Notes under the pieces: generated by a model | What the model was told of the DNA's origin: nothing | Database searches by the model: none | The model's input: only the letters and a program-made list of their open reading frames with translations | Assembly (NCBI GenBank): GCA_030390025.1 | Contig: CM059432.1 | Location: forward strand, 15,936,001-16,000,000 | Reading direction: 5' to 3' | Length of the DNA stretch: 64,000 nucleotides | DNA from: Squalus acanthias | Lineage: Eukaryota | Position numbers and translations under genes: made by a program | Shown here: positions 50,301 through 60,805 of the stretch, piece after piece | Position numbering within the stretch: position 1 is the stretch's first letter | Layout: each line of letters opens with the position of its first letter

Positions 50301-52828
50301 CTGTGGATGAAAATTGCATCAATTTAAATCCAATTCACATCTTGTGGCTCCAATAGAAAACAAAGCAGATTTTGGGGTGGTTTCAAAATAACAAACACTT
50401 TTCTCTACATTTCCGTTCACGGAATATTGAATGCTACAGAGCCTAATGACAAAGCCAAATCTATATTCGCTAAAGGGCAGCAGTCTGCCTTGCAGGAGGG
50501 AGATGAAAATGGTTTAAATGTCCATGGTTAAAATGAGCCGGAATGGATTTGGGCTCTTTAGCAACTTTGCTCCGAGGTGCAGATCAGCCACGATCTCATT
50601 GAATGGCGGAGCAGGCTCGAGGGGCTGAATGGCCGACTCATGTTCCTGTGTAATCTCTGCTGCTGTAATAGTAATAGAGAAACCCTGAATCCTGGGGTTT
50701 GAGTCCCTTATCGGCCAGAAGGATGTCTTTCAAAAATAAAATGTTAATTTTTAAAATTCTCTTTTCCTCAGCAATACCCCATCTTCAGTACTCGAAATGT
50801 AATTTTAAGATAAATCTTTAAAAATAAATAATTTAAAATCCTTGCCAGTCAAGAAAGACAGAATACTCCACACGATAGATTCAACTTTAATCATCTATAT
50901 TGGATGTTACTGATTTCCTAAATCTCAGGATGTGCTGAAATGATCATTTTCTCACTTCCACCTTACGGTGTTAAATTTTCGTTCCTGCGATGTTCAGGTC
51001 CCATTAAATCTTTAATGAGGTAATATTTGGTGAAACAATTTCATTTCGATAAAGACTCCGACGTGGCCTATTCCTCCCGAGTGATTGATAATAGAAGGGC
51101 CATTTATGTTTGATCTGTCTTGCTCAGCATCGTGTAAAACCCCTGATCAAATAGGCAATCTGTCCAACCCACTTCATAGGGTTCTGTGCAAGGTCAGTCA
51201 GTACTGAAGGAAACAGCTGTTTCAAAAACTGCTAACCATTTCCCTTCACTGGTAGTTATTTGTCTTTCCGACACAGTATCAACATGCAGTTTGCGTTTGA
51301 CCATATGTTAATCTTTAAACAATTAAAAGGAAGTATCATTAACTTTAACCAAACTGACTACTTCTGAATGACATCATCGGGTGTACTGGCTTGGAGGAAT
51401 TGCTGAACTCAACAATATGTGCAAGCTCACTTAATCACACACTGAACTGGCAAAGACAGTGGGTTACCAATTATCTCTGCTGATGTTTGCTCAGCATGCT
51501 TATACTATTGGGCTTGGAGTCTTGCCCAAACTCGCTCCCTCAAAGATGTCATGGCATGGTGGTTCAGCAGTGGAGGTCCTTTGGAATTGATCGCCTCAGG
51601 AAGCAAGCACGGCACAGGGAGAAAATACTGAAACACTGGGGTTTCACCTACCGAAAACTAAAATGGCCTCGCACAGTACTGTTACCATCAAATTCTCAAT
51701 TATCATAAGCAAAGTTGTTTTCAAGAGACTTCATTTTACATTCATTAGTAAATCTCCCCTGGTCTTCCTTCTGGTTAGGGAGAAGAAATTACCGCCCAGA
51801 ATTTCCTCAGGGCTTCTCCTGTTCTGCGACCATAACTTTTGGCGGGTTCCCATGTTTACGCACATAAATGGAATTTCCGACGAACGTCTGCCAAAGTTAA
51901 GGCATCGCAGCGGGAGAAGCGCCGGAGAAATTCCGCCATAGGTCTTTTCGCTGTGTTTAGTCGAACAGGCCGAGTGAGGTTGCAGTGCCACCTCTGGAGG
52001 AGGTAAGAACAGCGGGCACGGTCGTTGCTCGAACAGAATTAGCCATTGATTTCAATGGACTGCGGACATGACATCGTCAACTCAAGGCTTTTAATATGTT
52101 ATCGATAGTTTATTCATATGACTGTCGTAGCCCAAGTTGTTTTCCTCAGCAGCAGACCTATGGAAATTGTTCCAGTATAAGAAGTCCTGTGATGCACAGG
52201 ACTTCACAGCTTGTTACTGCCGTTGTTGTTGTTTTGCTTCCTCTCCTAGCAACCTGTAAATTCTTCCCGAAGCAGAACAGTCTAGCTACACGAAAACCAA
52301 ATGAGTACTGCCATGGGTTTATCTTTTTCCAGTTTGTTGTCTAGTCATCTTAGCGATGGAAGGTTCTCGGTTTTGAATTAATATAAATTTAAAAAGCTTT
52401 CAGCTGTACTTTTCGTTTCTTGTTACAGGCTGACTGAAGGTTCAGATTTACATTTCCTGCCAATCACTTTGAACAAGAAAAAAAAAACTACAGAACACAT
52501 ACCAATGAAAAGATAATGGTTCATTTTTATATCTCCTTTAATGGAAATGCGCAAGAATTTCAGCATCTAGACCCTGCCCTTCCACACACAATGGGCTGGA
52601 TTTCACCAACCTCAGTGGGTCTGTGGCGGGTGCCAACCCCGCAGCTGGCTTGGTCCCGGCCTCTGACATGGTTTTCCGTTGATTGGGCTTGTTAAGCCCG
52701 CCCTGCGAGGTTCCCGGCCAATTTAAAGGAAGCGGGTCTGATGACGTCATTTGATGACACGCCATCAGCCGGTTTCCTTAAAGGGACCATGTCCACATTC
52801 ATTTTGATAGTTGTGCTGTCAGTGTTCT

Positions 52829-53503
52829 GCAGCCGGCACCAAGCTCATGGTCTACAGAGCAGCAGTGATACCCGCCCTGCTGTATGCCTCAGAGACATGG
52901 ACCATGTACAGCAGGCACCTCAAAGCACTGGAGAGGTACCATCAATGCTGCCTCTGCAAGATCCTGCAAATCTATTGGCAGGATAGGCGCACCAACGTCA
53001 GTGTTCTCGCTCAGGCCAACATCCCCAGCATTGAAGCTTTGACCACGCTCGATCAGCTCCGATGGACGGGCCACATCGTCGGCATGCCCGATACGAGACT
53101 CCCAAAACAAGCGCTCTACTCGGAGTTCCGACACTACAAGAGAGCCCCAGGTGGGCAGAGGAAACGCTTCAAGGACACCCTCAAAGCCTCCTTGAAAAAG
53201 TGCAACATCCCCACCGACACCTGGGAATCCCTGGCCCAAGACCGCACAAAGTGGAGGAAAAGCATCCGGGAAGGCGCTGAACACCTCGAGTCTCTTCGCC
53301 GGGAGCAAGCGGAAGCCAAACACAAGCAACGCAAGGAGCGCACGTCAACCCAAGCACCCCACCCACCCGCCCCTTCAACCACCGTCTGCCCCACCTGTGA
53401 CAGAGACTGTAGGTCCCGCACTGGACTCATCAGTCACCTGAGAACTCATTTTTAATGTGGAAGCAAGTCATCCTCGGTTCCGAGGGACTGCCTAAGAAGA
53501 AGA
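52829..53503 (+). mobile_element. RTE-clade LINE 3' end
   Basis: VIPALLYASETW, LRWTGHI..MPDTRLPKQALY, C-terminal C2H2 (CPTCDRDCRSRTGLISHLRTH), (AAG)n tail. Confidence 0.88.
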
Positions 53504-56500
53504 GTTCTGCAGCACGGAGGTGCACGGCTGCTCCCAGGCTCTCCCATGACTCCCTCCATATACTTATGATTGGACAAGGATGAGGGTGAGTGTGAGGGGT
53601 GGCTAGTGAGATGGGGAAGTGATAATGTAGATAGAGAGGGATGGGTGGAGGTGCAAGGTAAGTTGGTGTGAGTAAGGATGTGCAGGAGGTACTCTACACT
53701 GAAGCTTGTGACTACTGGACTTGCGCTCACAGAGGTGGCTATTGTCCTGGACGAGTGGTAGTGATGGAGGCTGCTTGGGAGCTGGTGGGGACAACAGCAT
53801 CGATAGAGGATAGGAAGTTATTGCAGAGAGATCGACAGAAGCATCAAAGTCATCCTGGGCGGTCAGTCAGATTTAGGGAGGTTGGAGTATGCGAGGTCAT
53901 GTGTGATGGAGTCCGGAAGTAGTTTTTTTGGCCAGGGGCAGAAGATTATGGTGCAGAGTTTGGGACAGGCAGTGGAGCACATCAGAGAAAGGAGATGAGA
54001 ACGAGTGATCAGAGATAGCCCTATCAGTGTTCTTGAAGCCACCTGTAATGGCAAGGTATAGGAGTGGTCGTGCGTGTGGGTGAGGGAACTGATGTGGAGA
54101 GTTACATTGAAAGGAGAGGAAGCCACAAAAATCAGAGGTGGTGGGGAAGGGTGTGTTCACGTGAAGGTTGAAGTCACTGAAGAGAAGGTCTCTCAGTATA
54201 CAGGTAAGGAGGCTCTTAAAGGAGAGAAGAGAGGGGTGATAAAGTGTGAAATGTCAAATGTAGAGAAAGAGCCAGAGGAATGAGGGGAGATCAGGGTGTG
54301 ATTTGGAAATGAGTGTTACACCATCACCGTGGTGGTTAGGGATCGCAGCACGGTGCAAGGTGAAACTGGGTGGGGTGGGGCTTCCTCGACGGGGAAATTA
54401 GTTGCCATCAGTCAGCTGGGTTTTGGTTAGGTCTAGGATGTTGATCTGCTTCTCCGAGATGGCGTGACAGACGAGGCAGGGGTTGTTCACAAGAGAGCAG
54501 ACATTATGTGTAGCAGTGCAGAGGGGGAGGGTGGCTGAGGGCATGTCGGAGAGTCAGGAGGCTCACTGGATTGGGTAAAAGGAATGGGGCAGTGAAAGGG
54601 GAGGAGTTTCAAGGTGTTTACTCCAACATAGTTGCTGGGCAGGGCAAACACCATTAGAGATGAACAAGGTGGTTAGGGTAGAGTTGCTGGCAAGAGCTGG
54701 ATAGAGGGAAGCATCCAGGAGGGTGTCCCATTTCAGGGTTATTTGACTGGTTTTTCCAGTGGAGAGAGTAAAAACAGAGTTAACGTTTCAGGTCGATGAC
54801 CCTTCGTCACAACCTCTAATATGGGGAAGCATGGTGTGTTCTTTATTTTGTATTATTACGTGCGAAGATAAGTCCAAAGCTAACTGCTATTCTGAATGTT
54901 CACCTTACTATGAAATAAAGCCACTTATCAATTTGTAATCAGGCCTCGTTTTACCAAGTGTTTGCTGGGTCTGTCTTCGGAGAGAGTGAAGAAGCACATG
55001 TACAAAAGACGCAAATATTCAGTTCAGATCACAATTTGTTGCACCCCTGGGTTACACTGTTGTATAGTTAGATATTACGAGCACACCCTTAAATGTAAGA
55101 GACTCAGATCGTCTACAGAAGTGACTGTATCTACTGAACCCAAGGCAGACTCAAACCTGCAAGAGAGAGATGGCAGCCTGGGGCTGCAGAAGAAAAGAGG
55201 TCAGTAGGGAACGAGCAGCAAGTTGGGCAAGACAGGCCAGGAGAGAGGAGAGTTGTCAGAGAGGTTTTGGGGGAGGTAGGGGTTACAAGAGGTAGAGAAA
55301 AGAGGAGGTGGTGGTGAGGAAGTAGATAGAGGGCAGAGAACAGGGCAGGGAAGAGAGAGATAGCGAGGCAGAGAAACCTGGAATCGAGGCAGCAGTCGTT
55401 TTGTGTGTGCGATGGAGGTAGCAGCAACAGACATAAGGACATTAAACAGCAAGAGGGATTTCAGTATGAGAGCTAGTTAAATAAGTAATTGAGTCACACA
55501 GGAGGCACCATTGGCCAGGGAGTTGGAGAGAGGTCTAGAGTCTCCGTGGAGGTCAGAGAGACCAGGGAGGGTGAGGAAGGTGGAGCCTGAGCTCTGACCC
55601 TGATAACTAACTCAGGGTCAGTGCAAAGGTCAGAGCGTATCCTGGGATCAGTGTTAACATCCGAGACTAATGCAGTGTGAAGCACAAATAGTCTACACAT
55701 GCACACCATTTAAACAGTGTACATGTGACACTCGAGGGCTGACTGACGACAGTGCGGTGTTCATGTGGTGCACTGGTTAATGTACTGCTCTTCGAGTATG
55801 GTGAAAATATTCTGCATGTAGTACAGGCTCAGTCAAGTGGATTACATAAAACTGGAACTTTTCCGACTACACTTGGGTGGCAAGGAACCTCACCCATCGT
55901 GGACTGGGCGCATAGCGGAAAATTGCGGCAAAGCACCCATAATTTTCCAGGAACAAGGTTCCTCGCCTCCGGCACGCAGCCAAAATATTTAGGCCATAAA
56001 GTCTATTTTTAAAAAAAAAATTATATTCGCTCATGGGATGTGGGCATCGCTGGCAAGGCCAGCAATTATTGCTCTTCTCAAGGGGCAATTAGGGATGGGC
56101 AATAAATGCTGGCCTTGCCAGCGACGTCCACATTCCATGAACGAATATTTAAAAAAATGTAATCTCTATTTAACAGATGTGATAGTTTACTTTCTCCTTT
56201 AGAGCCCCTTCCTTCTGCCCTCTCCTACCGTGCCATACCCACTCCCAAACCACGAAGCCAGGCAGCCTGCATACTTCCGGTCTACCGCCAGCACTGATCT
56301 GTATATAGGAGCTTCTACGTGAGACTGTCGCGTGGTGAATCACATTGCCAATGTCCTTTCCTGTCCTTGGTAAAAGGGCTTTGTCTCCCTCTGACGCTCG
56401 AGGCAAGATCAGGATCCCATCACATGGCAATGAAAGACGTCAAACCACAAAGAACATTTAAATGCGAGACCATGGTGGGCTTGTGCGAAGTTGGAGCTTT

Positions 56501-56962
56501 CCAGATTCCGTTAGTTCTTCATCTTTTTAGGCTGAGTTTGTGTCTCATATATGGTACAACCCGCAATTTTCAATCTTCCAATGTACATATAAGGAAGCGT
56601 GAGAGCAGTACACAGACAGCTAAGGAAATGCTTGGAGGATTAGTCACCCATCAGTATCTTCCACTTCTCTCCAAACAGCCCCATTTTTTCAACCAAGAAA
56701 CGCAGATAAGAACAAGAGACATTCAAGCAGAACAAGGCAATGTCTCTTCTCTACCTGAACTAAAATAGAATGAGCCCTGATACTACATCATGTCATACAA
56801 CGAGGATTCAAAACGGTTAACAATTACTGTATGGGTATGTAGTCTGTGAATCCTACAACATTTACATACAGCAGAAAGCACTTAGTAATAAATAGTTAAT
56901 TATATCATTGCAAGGATCAAATTAAACACAGAAGATTCAAGTATGTTTTAATTAAACTCATA

Positions 56963-57658
56963 GGGCTGGATATTCCGATCCCTACGGGTGTACATGCTGT
57001 GTACACAACCGTAGGGACATTGGAAATGCCGGTTTCAGGCATGCACAGCGCATGCGCTGAAAACTGGCATTTCCGATCTGTCAAGAATGCTCTTGACAGA
57101 TCGGACACCTGCCCTAGAGAAGGGCCTCTGCGAGCGGATAGTTCCGCCCGCAGAAAACCCTTAGAATTTTTACGCCTGGTAAAAGCAGGTGTAAGACCTG
57201 CTTTTACCAGGACAAGAGTTGAAAAAAAGTTTAAAAATGTTTTTTCCCCCACTCATTTAAAAAAACTTCAATTATTTTTTTCAACAAAGTAAATTTTTGT
57301 TTAAAATATTTAATTTATTGTAATTTCAACTAATTTAAAAAATGTGATTTAAAAAATTTTTTTATTTAATGTTTTAAAGTGTTTTTGGGGTGATCTCTAT
57401 TCATATATTTGACAGGTCTATCTGTCAAGTGTATGAAGGGAGATTCCCTTCTTTGATTGACTCCCCATGGCCCACGTGATCCCAGGGACGCTTGTGAACC
57501 GCATGCGCCTCTGGGATACGCGGGCCCCGCGCACTTGGAGTTCGAGAGGCCCAGCATCGGAACTATACGCACCTCGGGAGCTCTCAGGGAAGAGCGTAGA
57601 TTTTTTTCAGATCGGAGGCTTCCGCACGCGGGAAGCCTCCGATCGGAAAATACGGCCC
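56963..57658. mobile_element. Harbinger-like MITE with internal palindromes
   Basis: TIRs GGGCTGGATATTCCGATC / GATCGGAAAATACGGCCC; TSD ATA. Confidence 0.78.
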
Positions 57659-59020
57659 ATAATATGTGCAGCGGTATTAGCTGTAGAAGGACATTCTCTA
57701 ACTACTCTCACACCTGAAAACTGAACTGCTGACTTCCCTCAGTCTCCCAGTCCTCCTACAGTTTACAAGGTTTTTAAATCATAGCTTGGTGACACCTAAC
57801 CACTACTTCCTGCTTTATTTCATCTTGGTTCAGAATCTTTTCAACCTTGATGCTTTTCCCATTTATTGGGTTTGACCCGTTATCTAGGGTTCTCAAGCGA
57901 CAATATTTAAAACATCTTGTACCATCTACAAGATGCACTGCAGCAACTCGCCAAGGCTTCTTCGGCAGCACCTCCCAAACCCACGACCTCTACCACCTAG
58001 AAGGACAAGGGCAGCAGGCGCATGGGAACACATCACCTGCAAGTTCCCCTCCAAGTTACACACCATCCTGACTTGGAAATATATCGCCGATCCTTCATCG
58101 TCGCTGGGTCAAATTTCTGGAAGTCCCTCCCTAACAGCACTGTGGGAGTACCTTCACCACACGGACTGCAGCGGTTCAAGGAGGCGGCTCACCACCACCT
58201 TCTCAAGGGCAATTAGGGGTGGGCAATAAATGCTGGCCTTGCCAGTGACGGCCACATCCCAAGAACAAATTTTTAAAATAGCACGGTCTATGAGAGGGCA
58301 GAAGGAGGGGATCTAAAGGAGCAAGTAAAATACTAAATCTGTTAAATAGAGATTAAATAAAGAAAAATGCTGTGGAAAAGCAACTGGTAATAATAAATAA
58401 TGTTAGTGCAGGAAAATGTTAAAAGCCAATATAGATAAGGTTTTTGCCAGTTACATGTTAACCATTAATCTATGTGGTTTAACATGAAATTAATTGCTGT
58501 GTGACTGCAAGGTATAATAGATTACACATGGTCACAAATCCAGGTCTGCCCTGGGTCCCTTCTTGGTTTCAGTGGCGTTAGTTGTTCCCTTAAACAATCT
58601 GAGCATCTCACTTTTATCGACATGTAACCTATTCTACGAGACCCGGGGGTTTCACACTCATACCGTCCTTGTGAGCTGAACCAGACATCTGTATTGTTTT
58701 TCATTTGTATTCCTTCAATTTCTCTAAAGGCAGACACAAGATGAGATGAGGATTGATATGAATTGTTAAACTGCTTTTTCCACAGTAAAGTGAATGTGTT
58801 GAGTAAGTGTTATGGTTAGATTCGCTTCATTCAATAGGGTCTTATTTTTCATAATAGAAATAAAAATAATGGAAAAACTACATTACCCGACTTCAATGGG
58901 ACATCTCACTTAACTTAAACCGAATTACATCTCAGCATTTTATCTTGCAGCCCAGAACAGTACCTTCTCTCCTTGAAGATTCCTGTCCTTTTAGGGCGTG
59001 AATATTGCCAGGGAATGAGA

Positions 59021-59730
59021 ACTTCCGGTTGTCGAAGTTTTCACAGGAGCACCGAGGGAGCAGAGCACAGGGGGCGGGGAGAATCAGGAGCCCAGAGAGA
59101 ACAGAGCATGGGGGGCGGGGAGAATCAGGAGCCCAGAGAGAACAGAGCATGGGGGGCGGGGAGAATCAGGAGCCCAGAGAGAACAGAGCATGGGGGGCGG
59201 GGAGAATCAGGAGCCCGGAGGGAGCAGAGCGCGGCGGGGAGGGAGAACATGATCCATATGGGGAGATGGATAACGTGCTCTCCCCTTCCCCCCCATTACA
59301 CCTGGATCACGCTCGAGCATGAACGGCAGCAAGTTCATTTCTCGGAGTGACGCCATCGGATGGCCCGAAATCCGGACGTTAGGACACAGTGTCACTATTC
59401 ACTTTATAGTGTAAAAGTTGACCTGAAAACAATCCATGACCCAGACACGATGCCCCATCAGCCACCACAGCTCTCTCCCAGAGTGTTTAGTTTGATGGAG
59501 TGATTAGCGACAGTGTGAGTTTCAGTTTTCGATCGACCCGTGACCTCATCCTTCCGCACATGCGCCGGGCCACCCGATGACGTCACTAAGCATTGCACCC
59601 GGGCACCCAATGACATCACCGATCATGCGCCAGGGGCACCCGTGACGTCACTCTCAGCGCATGCCTAAGAAGCTACAGCTCCGCCAGTGACGTCACGTCC
59701 AATGACATCACCCTCGCCCGTTCTCGTTGA
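59021..59730. promoter_or_regulatory. Intronic CpG-rich promoter/enhancer-like island (CRE cluster, NRF1-like, GC boxes, ETS)
   Basis: TGACGTCA at 59578, 59643, 59688; variants at 59541, 59611, 59703; GCACATGCGC/GCGCATGC; ACTTCCGG at 59021; repeated GGGGCGGGG. Confidence 0.6.
59045..59240. repeat. 41-bp GC-box minisatellite (~4.5 copies)
   Basis: Unit gagaatcaggagcccagagagaacagagcatggggggcggg starts at 59079, 59120, 59161 and 59202. Confidence 0.92.
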
Positions 59731-60727
59731 ATGAAATGCGCCTCACTAAACCAGCCTTGCAGCTCAAATTATGTAAAACAGTCAAAGCTGTGGATGTCAA
59801 ATTCAGCCTCAGAGAAACAGCTACAGCACCCCACATGATCTTGCAGTGCCCGTTCATGGGGTCACATAATTGCAAAATATGCATTTTCAAAAACGACCTA
59901 CTTCCACCTCCACAACATTGCCCATCTCAGCCCATCTGCTGCTGAAACCCCCATCCATGCCTTTGTTACCTCTAGAATATTGACTATTCCAGTGTTCTCC
60001 TGGCCGGCCTCCCATCTTCCGCCCTCGATAAACTTGAGCTCATCCAAAGCTCTGCTGTCTGTAGCCTAACTCGCACCAAGTCCCGTTCACCCATCACCCC
60101 TGTGCTTGCTGACCATTAGCTCCCGGTCCGCCAACGCCTCGATTTAAAAATGCTCATCCTTGTTTTCACCCCTAACAGTCTTTTTATCCTTCTCATAGTA
60201 CTGTGCTGGTACCGATTGCCCCCCACTTTCAGAGCTCTCTCTTTTTAGTTTTCCTTCTCACTCTCTGTCAGGAAGCACGTGACCTCTGATTGGCCCCTTT
60301 CACCCTATCCCCCAACATGACATACCGAGAGCAGGAACTCAATAAGGGAAGAATCATGGGTAATGCCCTTCTACTGACCAATATATACTACACAACACTC
60401 AATTATTTCACATTAGCAGTACGTACTAACACACTTTTTCACTTAAAAACATCTTCAGATGTCCCTTGAAAGCATTTAAGTTTCAATGATTAACTTGGGA
60501 CCAATGTTTTAGATTATTCCATGTTGCTCCAATTATTGGCCGTTGACCCATGTATCATTGCTTTGAAACTCACACTCCGTTAAAGGCAATTTCTTGTCCA
60601 TTTTCTGCAACAGGCATTTATCATCCACCTTTTAGCAGCCCAGTAACCAAACAATGACCTGTTATTTTATGTCATTACACTGTAATGAAGACAGATCAGA
60701 AGGAGGATAATGGGAAGTGACTCCTAC

Positions 60728-60805
60728 CTTCACCCGTGAGGCAGACCCAGGTACTCGCAGAATTCCCTCAGCGTCCAAACCCGTTTCTTCCATTCTTGAC
60801 AAAAG
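60728..60805 (-). CDS. ARHGAP28: RhoGAP ARHGAP28-like, exon carrying the arginine finger
   Basis: tcctag acceptor and gtagga donor on -. LLSRMEETGLDAEGILRVPGSASRVK (78 nt); GILRVPG is the RhoGAP catalytic-Arg motif. Confidence 0.9.

Noticed and set aside
51731..51991. 86-aa minus-strand ORF as a nested gene
   Set aside because: Non-ATG start, no recognisable homology and no supporting splice structure.
55195..55440. Purine-rich ORFs
   Set aside because: Low-complexity GA-rich sequence with no coding signal.
58540..58960. C/D-box snoRNAs in a putative snoRNA host gene
   Set aside because: No properly spaced RUGAUGA...CUGA pair with a terminal stem was found by eye on either strand.
59045..59240. 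CRISPR-like array
   Set aside because: Head-to-tail tandem units with no unique spacers, in vertebrate DNA with no cas genes; it is a minisatellite.
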